Below, piece after piece: positions 1 through 9,358 of a DNA stretch of 40,630 nt (the first letter of the stretch is position 1; each line of letters opens with the position of its first letter). The stretch is from Candidatus Krumholzibacteriia bacterium (GTDB taxonomy: Bacteria; Krumholzibacteriota; Krumholzibacteriia; WVZY01), in assembly GCA_046754105.1 (NCBI GenBank), contig JBHHVD010000021.1, positions 1 through 40,630 on the forward strand. The letters run 5' to 3'. The position numbers and the translations under genes were made by a program. The notes under the pieces are model-generated. The model did not search any database. It was not told where the DNA came from and was given only the letters and a program-made list of their open reading frames with translations.

Positions 1-534
1 GCGGATTTCGGCGAGGCACTGCGCCGGGCGCTGAGGCAGGATCCAGACGTCATCCTGATCGGTGAGATGCGCGATCTCGAAACGATAAGCCTCGCGGTGA
101 CGGCCGCCGAAACCGGGCACCTGGTGCTGGCAACACTGCACACGACGAGCGCCTCGAAAACAATCGACCGCATTGTCAACGTCTTCCCGCCCGAGCAGCA
201 GACCCAGATCCGCATGCAGCTCGCCGGCACGCTGCAGGGCATCGTCTCGCAGACGCTGGTGCGGAAAGTCGGCGGCGGGCGCGTGGCGGCCATCGAGATC
301 CTCGTCGCCACGGATGCCGTGCGTTCCATCATCCGCGAAGACAAGATGGCTCAGTTGAGCACGACAATGCAGACCGGCAAGAAATATGGGATGCAGACAC
401 TCGAGGACCATCTAAACGAGCTGGTGGCGGCCGGGACAATCAAGCACTACCACGCCGCGGCGAAGGCGAACGCTCCCGAGGCCATCAAGCAGGCCGTGGC
501 CGCTCGCGATCTCGACGGCGACATGGGATGGTGA
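1..534 (+). CDS. pilT: Type IV pilus retraction ATPase PilT (5' end outside window)
   Basis: Frame is open from base 1: ALRRALRQDPDVILIGEMRDLETISLAVTAAETGHLVLATLHT (Walker B/His box), plus AVRSIIRE (AIRNLIRE-like) and GMQTL motifs. Confidence 0.9.
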   Translation, partial: ADFGEALRRALRQDPDVILIGEMRDLETISLAVTAAETGHLVLATLHTTSASKTIDRIVNVFPPEQQTQIRMQLAGTLQGIVSQTLVRKVGGGRVAAIEILVATDAVRSIIREDKMAQLSTTMQTGKKYGMQTLEDHLNELVAAGTIKHYHAAAKANAPEAIKQAVAARDLDGDMGW

Positions 535-538
535 CTCT

Positions 539-1600
539 TCACTGCCGGTCGGGCATCTGCTTTATATAAACGTCGCGTTTGGGATAGGGAATCTCTATGC
601 CCTCTTCCTGCAACCGCTTGTAGATTTCCGTGTTGAGGGCGTCTACGACCCGTCCGCGGAGGACGGGCTCTCCGATCCAGCACAGGAGTTCGAAATCGAT
701 AGACGACTCGCCGAAGGCGCGAAACCGCGCCCGCGGCTCCGGGTCATCGCACGTCTCCGGGTGTTTTGCCGCGATCTCCGTCAGCACTTCCCGCAGGCGG
801 TCGACGTCGGACCCGTAGGCAACGCCAACCTTGACCCGGATTCGTTCCTTCGCCCACGGCCCGCCGCTCTCGTTGACGATCTTTGCGTTTGCGATCACCG
901 CGTTCGGGATCGTGATCTCGACGTCGTCGCGTGTCAGGAGCCGCGTGCTCCTGAGACCGATGTGGCGTACCTCGCCGCGCTCGCCCGTATCGAGGTTGAT
1001 GAAATCACCGACCTTGTACGGCGCGTCCGCCAGGATGAAAAGACCTGAAAACAAGTTGGCCAGCGTGTCCTTGGCCGCAAAACCCACCGCGATACCGACG
1101 ATACCCGCCGAGGCGAGCCAGGCGGAGAGGTTGATGCCCCAGAATACAAAGACCAGGTAGAGCGCGAGCGCGACGAGAACGATCCGTGCGAGGTTGTAGA
1201 ACAGGGGCTGCGTTCGGGGCCCGACGACGCCAACCGACCGCGACCGGCTCATCCCCCCCAGGACCACACCCGACAGACGGATCGCAAACGCGGTCCAGAT
1301 CAGTGCGACGATGGTTTGAATCGCTGCCGCGGCGACACTCGCGGGATGGGTGGGCAGAGCGAGGCTCCCGGTGGCCAGCCACAGACCCAGCAGCACGACG
1401 GAAACCCGGACTGGTTGGTGGATGAGGTCGATCACGGAATCGTCCAGCGTGGTCTTCGTGCGGCGGGCAAGCCGGCGGCACACCCGGACGACGATAAAGT
1501 CCACTACCGCGGCGGCCCCGAGCGAGACGACGACAATCACCGCCGCAGTCACGTAACGGTTCGAGGTGACGACCTCCAGCGCCTCGCGGACGATTTGCAT
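539..1600 (-). CDS. MscS-family small-conductance mechanosensitive channel
   Basis: Several N-terminal TM helices; GIVGIAVGFAAKDTLANLFSG, PYKVGDFI, GEVRHIGLRST, IPNAVIAN, VGVAYGSD and GIEIPYP motifs. Confidence 0.9.
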   Translation of the reverse strand: MQIVREALEVVTSNRYVTAAVIVVVSLGAAAVVDFIVVRVCRRLARRTKTTLDDSVIDLIHQPVRVSVVLLGLWLATGSLALPTHPASVAAAAIQTIVALIWTAFAIRLSGVVLGGMSRSRSVGVVGPRTQPLFYNLARIVLVALALYLVFVFWGINLSAWLASAGIVGIAVGFAAKDTLANLFSGLFILADAPYKVGDFINLDTGERGEVRHIGLRSTRLLTRDDVEITIPNAVIANAKIVNESGGPWAKERIRVKVGVAYGSDVDRLREVLTEIAAKHPETCDDPEPRARFRAFGESSIDFELLCWIGEPVLRGRVVDALNTEIYKRLQEEGIEIPYPKRDVYIKQMPDRQ

Positions 1601-1941
1601 GCTCGAGCCTTCCGGTTACGGTACGAAACGCCGCACAACCCGGCCGGATTATGAAGCATTCGCGGGCGAAACTCAACCGGAAGGCCGGCCGGCGCACCCC
1701 GCACCGAGCGGCCGGTCCCGGCCCGTCCGGCGCGGAGAGGCATGCGGTAGGGGGGCGCATTTTTGCTTCCGAATTGGCCCTCGCTGCTCCATACTACGTG
1801 CCTTGCCTCTATCGCCCGCCTCATAGCGAGAGGGATCCACGCGTCTCTCTCGCCCGACAGGTCGATCCGCGTCCGCTGGGTTTGTGCTCGCGTGCGGTCG
1901 GCCACCACCCAGGAACGGGGGACACCGTCGATATTCGCCGT

Positions 1942-3306
1942 GTGAACAGGGAAGCCGAGCCGCCGTCGCCGCGCGACGGACGTTCGTCGAGACGATTGGT
2001 TTTGGGCAGTGGGGCGGTGCTCCTGCTTGCCTCCATGGTCGTCACGGGGGCGCCCGGGCCCTGCGGCGGGCCGTTGGCCCGGACCTCCGCCGATGAGCCC
2101 CGGCGCGAACGCATCACCGATCGCGAGAAGGGGGAGAGCACCGGTAAGAAGATCGCCCGCTTTCCCCTCCGTGTTGCCACGCTGCCGCTGTGGGTCCTGG
2201 ACCGTGGGCTCTACCACGGGATGATCCTGGTCGACGAAAAGAAGCTCATCCCGCGGGCTGTGTTTGTACAGCGTCGATTGGCCGAACTGGGCATCGCGCC
2301 GCAGATCGGAGGCGCCGGTGACGGCGCCGGGTTCGGAGGTGGCGTCGCCTGGAGCTTCTACCGGGGCCCGGTCAGGCCGACGTTGTCGGTCTCCGGGTCG
2401 GTCAAGGGCTACCAGGACCACGGGTTCGAGCTCGATTTTTCGGAAATCTTCGATGACAAGCTCGATGTCGTCGCCGGGGTCCGATACCGCTCGAGGCCGC
2501 AGGAAGACTTCTTCGGGCTCGGCCCCGAGAGTCGTGAACAAAACCGCACGAGCTACAATCTGGAACAGACGCTTGCAAGCCTGGATGTGGAAGCGGCGGT
2601 TGCCGGCGCCGTGACCGTGGCGGGGCAGGTCGAGTTGTCGAACAATAATGTGTCCGGCGGGAGAGACGAGGCCTTCCCGTCCACCGAACGCGTTTTTTCG
2701 GCCGCGGCCGTACCGGGGCTGGGGACCGGAGCAGAATTGGTCACCGCCGACCTCTCGTTCGTGCTCGACGGCCGTGATTATCCCGGCGACGCTACTTCCG
2801 GCGGCTTGATCCAGGTGTTCGCCGGTGTAGGCGAGGACACGGGGGGAGCGGCGTTCGACTATTGGCACTACGGAGCAGAGGCGCGTGGGTTCCTTGCCCT
2901 GTTGGGCCGGGGCAACCGGTTTGGGCCCAGGAGTGTCCTTGCGCTGAGGGTGCGCGGCGACTTCAACCAGCCGCGAAACGGGGGAACGGTACCTTTCTTC
3001 AGGATGCCGCACGTCGGCGGGAGTTCTTCGCTCCGGGGATTCCGCGAGTTCCGCTTCTACGACCGGCACGCTGTGGTTGCCAACTTCGAGTACCGGTGGC
3101 GGATTCAAGCCTTGCTGGAAGCCGTGCTGTTTCTCGACGAGGGCCAGGTATTCGACCGCATCGGCGACCTCGAACTGGGCAGTTTTCGGGAGTCGTACGG
3201 AGGCGGAATCCGTGTTGCGTTCCGTCACAACACGTTTTTCAGGGTCGAAATCGGTCGCAGCAGCGAAGACACACGGCTTCTCACCAAGTTCAACGTAGGA
3301 TTCTGA
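1942..3306 (+). CDS. Omp85 (BamA/TamA-like) outer-membrane beta-barrel protein, apparently without POTRA domains; start uncertain
   Basis: Amphipathic beta strands, loop-6-type motif GGSSSLRGFREFRFYD, ANFEYRW, FLDEGQVF, SYGGGIR and a C-terminal Phe (NVGF). A hydrophobic signal-like stretch follows GTG 1942; the ORF-track start at 1651 adds low-complexity sequence. Confidence 0.8.
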   Translation: MNREAEPPSPRDGRSSRRLVLGSGAVLLLASMVVTGAPGPCGGPLARTSADEPRRERITDREKGESTGKKIARFPLRVATLPLWVLDRGLYHGMILVDEKKLIPRAVFVQRRLAELGIAPQIGGAGDGAGFGGGVAWSFYRGPVRPTLSVSGSVKGYQDHGFELDFSEIFDDKLDVVAGVRYRSRPQEDFFGLGPESREQNRTSYNLEQTLASLDVEAAVAGAVTVAGQVELSNNNVSGGRDEAFPSTERVFSAAAVPGLGTGAELVTADLSFVLDGRDYPGDATSGGLIQVFAGVGEDTGGAAFDYWHYGAEARGFLALLGRGNRFGPRSVLALRVRGDFNQPRNGGTVPFFRMPHVGGSSSLRGFREFRFYDRHAVVANFEYRWRIQALLEAVLFLDEGQVFDRIGDLELGSFRESYGGGIRVAFRHNTFFRVEIGRSSEDTRLLTKFNVGF

Positions 3307-3313
3307 CGAGGGG

Positions 3314-5074
3314 TTGAGAGAGATTCGAAGCGCGAAATCACATCTTTCGGTTCTCCCGTTTCTCTATATCGCTGCGCTTTGTGTCGGGTGCGGGTCGAGC
3401 CGTCACGAATTCCGCAAGCGGATCGAAGTGGATTTCGACATGGCGGATATCGCGGAACCCGCGGCGGATCCGGCCCCCCAGTACTACGATTTTTTCGATC
3501 GTACGGTGAGCAAGCAGATCCACCAGGGTCTCGACATGCCGCGCAACTTTCGCAAGATCGCGGGAAGGCCGAAACAGTCGGAAAACGTGGATGCTCTCGG
3601 GAACGTGCCGAACTCGAGCTGGTTCACCAACCGCAACGGCAAGAGGCGGATGTCGATCGAGGAAATCAAGCGGGGACCGGATACGGGAGACGGGCCCGCC
3701 GACGGCGTCTGGACGGTGACACGCGGAAAGACGCAAGGCGTGACTCCGGGTTTTACGGTGCGGGATACGAAGGGTGATCTCTACATCATCAAGTTCGATC
3801 CGAAGACCAATCCGGAGATGAGCACGGGCGCGGAGGTGATCTCGACCAAACTCTTCTATGCCCTCGGCTACAACACGCCGGAAAACCGCATCGTGTTCTT
3901 CGGGGCGGATCGGCTGCGAATGGACCCCGGAGCGAAGATCAGCGACGTACTCGGCCGCAAGCGCCCCATGACCCGGGCCGACGTGGACGACATTCTGGCC
4001 CGCGTCTCGCGCGGCCGCGGCGGGAGATTCCGGGCGGTGGCGAGCAAGTTCCTCTCGGGCAAGCCGAAGGGACCGTACTCGTACCACGGCACCCGCAAGG
4101 ACGACCCCAACGACCTGATCCCGCACGAGCACAGGCGCGAGCTGCGGGGAATGCGGCTCTTCGGAGCGTGGCTGAATCACAACGATATCCGGCGTATCAA
4201 CTCTCTCGACATGTACGTCGAGGAAGACGGGCGTCACTACCTCCGGCACTACCTCATCGATTTCGGAGCCACACTGGGCAGCGCGAGCCTGTTTCCGAAC
4301 CACCCGAGTGAGGGACTCGAGTATCAGATCGACCATTGGGAAGCGCAGAAGTCCCTCTTTACGCTGGGGCTCTACAAACGCCGATGGCACGACGCGCGGC
4401 CGGTCGAGTACGAGACCGTCGGCTACCTGGAGTCCGAGCTGTTCAACCCGGCCAAATGGAAACCCAACTATCCCAACCCGGCCTTCGAGAATATGACGAA
4501 TCTGGACGGGTTCTGGGCGGCCAAGCTTGTCATGTCGTTTACCGACGCGCAGATAACGGCCGCCGTCGAGATGGGAGCGCTCAGCGACCCGCGGGCGGCC
4601 GCCTACCTGGCCAGGACCCTGGCCGAGCGACGCGACAAGATCGGACGGCACTGGTACGGAAAGGTCAACCCCATCGACAACTTCGAGTTGACCGGTTCCG
4701 GGACGGACCAGACGATGACGTTCGAGGATCTCGAAGCGAGCGCGGGTTTCGAGGACGTGGCCGAGACCCGGTACCGGTACCGGCTCTTCCATAATGCCCG
4801 CAAGGGAACACGGGTGGTATCCGACCAATGGATCCTGGACGGCGGCACTATCACCGCCCCGACGCCCGAGATCGAATTGCGCCCCGTCCTGGCGGCGGCG
4901 GCGCGGGCATGGGAGGGAGCCGGTTCCGAGGATGACCGCGACCGCTATTTCTACCTGACCATTTGGACGCGTCGCGAGGGCGAAACGGGGTGGGGCAAGA
5001 CGGTGACGGTGCATCTCTACCTGGTGGACCCGACGACGGGGTTCGAGATTGCGGCGGTGGACCGCGAAGAGTAG
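3314..5074 (+). CDS. Putative lipoprotein with an atypical (HipA/PI3-PI4K-like) kinase-fold domain
   Basis: Signal peptide ending ALCVG|C. Ordered kinase-like motifs: KTQGVTPGF, YIIKF, AEVISTKLFYALGYNTP, WLNHNDIRRINSL, YLIDFG. Confidence 0.65.
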   Translation: MREIRSAKSHLSVLPFLYIAALCVGCGSSRHEFRKRIEVDFDMADIAEPAADPAPQYYDFFDRTVSKQIHQGLDMPRNFRKIAGRPKQSENVDALGNVPNSSWFTNRNGKRRMSIEEIKRGPDTGDGPADGVWTVTRGKTQGVTPGFTVRDTKGDLYIIKFDPKTNPEMSTGAEVISTKLFYALGYNTPENRIVFFGADRLRMDPGAKISDVLGRKRPMTRADVDDILARVSRGRGGRFRAVASKFLSGKPKGPYSYHGTRKDDPNDLIPHEHRRELRGMRLFGAWLNHNDIRRINSLDMYVEEDGRHYLRHYLIDFGATLGSASLFPNHPSEGLEYQIDHWEAQKSLFTLGLYKRRWHDARPVEYETVGYLESELFNPAKWKPNYPNPAFENMTNLDGFWAAKLVMSFTDAQITAAVEMGALSDPRAAAYLARTLAERRDKIGRHWYGKVNPIDNFELTGSGTDQTMTFEDLEASAGFEDVAETRYRYRLFHNARKGTRVVSDQWILDGGTITAPTPEIELRPVLAAAARAWEGAGSEDDRDRYFYLTIWTRREGETGWGKTVTVHLYLVDPTTGFEIAAVDREE

Positions 5075-5143
5075 CACCTTCACGAGAACCTGTGGCCCCG
5101 GCGCAACAACGCCGCCGCCGCACACGGGCGAAAGGTCGATGCA

Positions 5144-6481
5144 ATGACGGGAACCGCGTCGAAAACAAAGCTGGAGCACTTCCTCGGTCTTTTTGCGGAC
5201 GTAGAACCCGGCGAGGCGGTGACGGCGCTGCTGCTCACGTGCAACGTGTTCCTGCTCTTGATCTCGTACCTGATCATGAAGCCGGTGCGTGAAGCGTTGA
5301 TCCTCGCCGGCGGCGGCGCGGAGCTCAAGGCCTACATGTCGGCCGGGCAGACGTTCCTGCTCCTGTTTACCGTCCCGCTCTACGCGAAGCTGGTCAGCCG
5401 CTTTCCCCGCCGGCTCCTGCTAAACGGCGTGACGTTCTTTTTCGCGGCCTGCCTCGTCGCGTTCTGGCTGCTCGGCCGCATGGGCGTCCCGCTGGGAGTG
5501 GCGTTTTTCCTCTGGATTGGAATCTTCAACGTAGTCGTCATCGCCCAGTTCTGGTCTTTCGCCAACGATATCTACACCGAGGAACAGGGCAAGCGGCTCT
5601 TTGCCATTATCGCCTTCGGCGCGTCGGCGGGCGCGGTGGTCGGCCCCCAAATCGTCAGCGCGCGCATCGAGGCCGTCGGGCCGTACCAGTTGTTGCTCAC
5701 CGCGGGGGCGATCCTGCTCTTGAGCCTCGTTTTCACGAATATCGTCGATTCTCGCGAGCGCGGGCGGCCGCTACGCGCCGAGGCGACGGTCGAATCGAGG
5801 GAGGAACCCATTCGCGAAGGCGGGGCGTACAAACTCGTATTCGGGAACCGCTATCTCTTGATGATCGCGCTTCTCATTCTGTGCCTCAACTGGGTGAACA
5901 CGACGGGGGGCTACATCCTGGACCGGGTGGTCAGCGCGAAGGCCGCGCAGGCGGCGGCCGCGCAGGCGGGCCTCGACGAAGCCACGTACATCGGTAAGTT
6001 CTACGCAGATTTCTTCGGCGTGGTAAACGTGGCCGGGCTGTTGATACAACTCTTCCTCGTGTCACGAATCCTCAAGTATTTCGGCGTCCGCGTAGCACTC
6101 GTCATCCTGCCGGTAATCGCCCTGGCAGGCTACATATGCGTGGCGTTCTTTCCCGTCCTGTCGCTCATCCGCTGGGCAAAGACGGCCGAGAACGCGACGG
6201 ACTACTCGCTACAGAATACGCTTCGCGGAGTGCTGTTCCTGCCGACCACGCGCGAAGAGAAGTACAAGGCCAAGCAGGCGATCGACACGATATTCGTGCG
6301 CGCCGGGGATGCACTGTCCGCGCTGCTGGTGTTCGTCGGCACGAGCCTCGCGTTCGAGACCCGGCATTTCGCCATGGTAAACCTCGCCTTCGTTGTGGTG
6401 TGGTTGGGTCTCGCCTTGTTCATCGGCAGGGAATACGTGAGGCTGGCCAGGAAATCCCCGCAGGGCGCCGCGTCATCCTGA
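5144..6481 (+). CDS. NTT/TLC (Npt1-like ATP/ADP translocase) family MFS transporter
   Basis: About 12 TM segments; MKPVREAL, AQFWSFANDIYTEEQGKRLF, DYSLQNT and LFLPTTREEKYKAKQAIDT motifs typical of bacterial NTT homologs. Confidence 0.8.
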   Translation: MTGTASKTKLEHFLGLFADVEPGEAVTALLLTCNVFLLLISYLIMKPVREALILAGGGAELKAYMSAGQTFLLLFTVPLYAKLVSRFPRRLLLNGVTFFFAACLVAFWLLGRMGVPLGVAFFLWIGIFNVVVIAQFWSFANDIYTEEQGKRLFAIIAFGASAGAVVGPQIVSARIEAVGPYQLLLTAGAILLLSLVFTNIVDSRERGRPLRAEATVESREEPIREGGAYKLVFGNRYLLMIALLILCLNWVNTTGGYILDRVVSAKAAQAAAAQAGLDEATYIGKFYADFFGVVNVAGLLIQLFLVSRILKYFGVRVALVILPVIALAGYICVAFFPVLSLIRWAKTAENATDYSLQNTLRGVLFLPTTREEKYKAKQAIDTIFVRAGDALSALLVFVGTSLAFETRHFAMVNLAFVVVWLGLALFIGREYVRLARKSPQGAASS

Positions 6482-6577
6482 CGCGGCCGCCGTGATGCCA
6501 CTCTGTGGGACGCCGCCTCGTCCTGAGGCGGCCGGGCGACCCCGCGTAGCACTCGACGGCGCCCGGTCGGCTTCTTC

Positions 6578-6605
6578 TTGCGTGCCGCCGCCCGTTTGCT
6601 ACAAT
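6578..6605 (+). promoter_or_regulatory. Putative sigma70 promoter for the small Cys-rich gene
   Basis: TTGCGT (6578-6583), 16 nt spacer, TACAAT (6600-6605) with an extended -10 TG at 6597-6598. Confidence 0.45.
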
Positions 6606-6647
6606 GGCAAGACCCCCCGGACCGTGCGATCCAATGGAGGTGTGGTT

Positions 6648-6875
6648 ATGGCTGATGCTGGAATGCGGCACGAACGCCAGGTCGACACGGTCGCTTGCCC
6701 GGTCATCGGTGAGACGGTGACGATATCCGTCACGTTCAAGAGAGCCGGCGCGGCAAAGAAATATCTAGTGGATTTCGCGTGCGACATGGAGGGCGCGTGC
6801 GGGGCCCCGGCCTGGGACCCCTGCCCGTTGTACATCACGTACCTGGAGAAGAGCTTCGTGCCGAAACGGATCTGA
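6648..6875 (+). CDS. Small (75 aa) hypothetical protein with four Cys, possibly metal-binding
   Basis: GGAGG RBS at 6636-6640, ATG 6648; CPVIG...C-x5-C-x7-CP pattern. Confidence 0.6.
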   Translation: MADAGMRHERQVDTVACPVIGETVTISVTFKRAGAAKKYLVDFACDMEGACGAPAWDPCPLYITYLEKSFVPKRI

Positions 6876-6967
6876 GGGGCATGTACCGCGCGGCCTGCGT
6901 TCGCCGCGAACGGGTGTCTCCGGACTTGCGAACCGCGGCACACGTCCGCGGCGGGGCGACCGGTCGC

Positions 6968-8107
6968 CTATTCGAAGCGGAACACGCGCACGGATAACGC
7001 GACCAGGGCGGTGGTGGCGAGAGCCATTCCCACCAGATGTGGCGCGACGCTGGCGGGTCCGGCCGCGAAGCTGATGAGCTTGTGGAGGGCGTCCATCGCC
7101 CAGCCCGTGGGTAGAAACAACTGCAGGCTCTGCATCCACGGCGGTGTGATTTCGATCGGCCACCAACACCCGCCGAGGGCGGCGAGGACGTTGGCCGCGA
7201 TGACTCCCACTGCCACTGCCTGTCCCTCGGTACGCACGACGCTGCCCAGCACCACGCCGAGAGCCGCCATCATCGCACCGTAGAAGAGCATGACGGCGAT
7301 CACCGCCGCCAGGTCGGGTCCCCAGTCCATCTTGAAGAGCACCGTTCCGGCCAGCATGGCGAAGCCGATCTGCACCACCCCCAGTGCGAGCTTGCCGCCC
7401 CACTTGCCGAGCACCACACCCAACCTGCTGATCGGCGTGTAGGCGAGCCGGCGCAGCAGCCCCTCCCGGCGCTCGCTAAGCAGCAAGACCGATCCGCTGG
7501 TGGCCATGACCATCAGGGTGAACATGACCATGATGCCGGGAATCGACTGTTCGAATCCCTGCGGGACGCGCTTACGCTTTCCCGCCGGTTCGACCACCAG
7601 CTTCAGCGCGCGCGGCATTTCGGCCAGACCGTCGAAGTTTTCGGGTGTCGGCGTATCGCCCATCTCGGACAGGGCCACGAGGTCGGCCAGCATCGTGTAC
7701 GTGGCGCGCTGGATGCGCATCTTGTCGTAGTCGTTGCCGATCCCTTCGCCGTTTCGCGTGAACTCGAGCGTCACCGGGCGTCCGGCGAGCACCGAATCGG
7801 TAAAACCGTCGGGGACGACCAGCTGCCGCGTATAGCGGGCGAATAATTCCGCGGAATCGGGGCGGGCGACGGCGTAGGCATTCTCTTCGAGCCGCCGGGT
7901 CAGCTGATCGATCAGAAAACCCCCGTCCTTGCCGGCGTCGAGGGCCACCGTCTCTGTGCCCGCGCCGCTCGTCGCGAAGCCGCCCGTAATGGTGCCGATA
8001 AAATAGAAGAAGACGATCGGCATCACGAACACCCAGAACAGGGTTTCGCGAGCCTTGAGCATGTACTTGACGTCTTTGCCGGCTATGAAAATCATATCTC
8101 TCAGCAT
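6968..8107 (-). CDS. ABC-2 type exporter permease
   Basis: N-terminal TM, large extracytoplasmic loop, ERREGLLRRL, LGGCWWPIEITPPWMQ and LPTGWAMDAL motifs. Confidence 0.88.
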   Translation of the reverse strand: MLRDMIFIAGKDVKYMLKARETLFWVFVMPIVFFYFIGTITGGFATSGAGTETVALDAGKDGGFLIDQLTRRLEENAYAVARPDSAELFARYTRQLVVPDGFTDSVLAGRPVTLEFTRNGEGIGNDYDKMRIQRATYTMLADLVALSEMGDTPTPENFDGLAEMPRALKLVVEPAGKRKRVPQGFEQSIPGIMVMFTLMVMATSGSVLLLSERREGLLRRLAYTPISRLGVVLGKWGGKLALGVVQIGFAMLAGTVLFKMDWGPDLAAVIAVMLFYGAMMAALGVVLGSVVRTEGQAVAVGVIAANVLAALGGCWWPIEITPPWMQSLQLFLPTGWAMDALHKLISFAAGPASVAPHLVGMALATTALVALSVRVFRFE

Positions 8108-8111
8108 GCCG

Positions 8112-9356
8112 TCATCCCTGGGCAAAACCCGACCGGAGGCGCCGTGCGCTCGCGAGGAACATCGCCCCGCCCGCGAGCAGCAATCCACCGAACACCCTGG
8201 CCAGTGCCGCCGGCTCCATGCGATCGAGCAGGATCGCCTTCAGTTGTTCCAGCGCCCATCCGTTGGGCGTATGCCTGCCGATTGCCGCCATCGTGGCCGG
8301 CATCGCCTCGAACGGAAAGAAGTTGCCCCCGACCATCATCAGCGGGAACATGATGGCCATGGTCATGATGCCGGCGGCGCGTTGGCTGGACGTGAAGAGC
8401 TGTATGAGCATCATCATCACCGTCAGCACGGAGCCGGAAAAAACCGTCCACGCGACGGCAAGCGGGAAGAGCCTCGGGGCCAGACCGAAGTACCAAAAGC
8501 CGATGGGCATTGTAACGAGGCACACGACGAGGATCAGACCCAGGCCCGCCAGTAGTTTTCCAAGCAGAAAAGAAACGGCTTTTTGGGGGGAAACGACGAC
8601 GCGCCGCAGCGTCCTTTGATTGCGCTCCACCCACAAGTCGATGCCCAATCCTTGCGCCATGAAGAGCAGTGACATGAACAGGATGCCGGGCAGAAAGAGG
8701 AGCGCATAGCTGATCTCTTCTTCTTGGGCGGCGGCATCGGGAACCACGGTCTCCACCTGGATCACCGGAGGTGCCAGGTAGGCGGACAGCCGGCCTACCA
8801 GCTGGTTTACCTTGACGCTGAACTCGGCGATGCGGGGATCGGCGAACGTGTTCGCTCCCCCGGGAGGTCCCGCGGCGAAAGCCTTCAGGTCCTCGCCGAG
8901 CAAACGGTGCCCGTAGAAGGTCGCATCCACCAGCATGGTGAGGCTCTCCTCGACGATACCGGGCAGGATGCGCTGGGACGGGTTGGTCAGCAGCTCGAGC
9001 GTGGCCGGCTCTTCGTTGAGCACGGCGTTGCCGAAGCCGGCGGGAATGATGAGCAGCGCCGTGGCCTTATCCTTGTTGACCCGTTCCCGGCCCTCTTCAC
9101 GCCCGGTGCTCTCGGCCTGGATGAGCCCGCCCATCGCGTCCTGGCTCAGCGCGCCGACGAGAAGCCCGCTCAGCAAAGAATCGTCCTCGTCTGCGACCAG
9201 CACGTGCGCCTGCGGCTTGGGCCCCGAGCGGCCCCCGCTGACCATCATGATCAGCGACCCGATAATGAGCGGGATGCCGATCCACATGACGAACGCCGTC
9301 GGGTCCCGCCGGTAGCGCCGCCAGTCCTTGATCGCCGTGTGCCACACGAAGCGCAT
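8112..9356 (-). CDS. ABC-2 type exporter permease
   Basis: Same architecture as the adjacent permease; ERNQRTLRR, VGGNFFPFEAMP, TPNGWA. Confidence 0.88.
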   Translation of the reverse strand: MRFVWHTAIKDWRRYRRDPTAFVMWIGIPLIIGSLIMMVSGGRSGPKPQAHVLVADEDDSLLSGLLVGALSQDAMGGLIQAESTGREEGRERVNKDKATALLIIPAGFGNAVLNEEPATLELLTNPSQRILPGIVEESLTMLVDATFYGHRLLGEDLKAFAAGPPGGANTFADPRIAEFSVKVNQLVGRLSAYLAPPVIQVETVVPDAAAQEEEISYALLFLPGILFMSLLFMAQGLGIDLWVERNQRTLRRVVVSPQKAVSFLLGKLLAGLGLILVVCLVTMPIGFWYFGLAPRLFPLAVAWTVFSGSVLTVMMMLIQLFTSSQRAAGIMTMAIMFPLMMVGGNFFPFEAMPATMAAIGRHTPNGWALEQLKAILLDRMEPAALARVFGGLLLAGGAMFLASARRLRSGFAQG

Positions 9357-9358
9357 CG

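Noticed and set aside
3338..5179. 613-aa minus-strand ORF (likewise 1549-3228)
   Set aside because: Antisense shadow of the kinase-like and Omp85 genes; such ORFs are common at high GC and these have no motifs.
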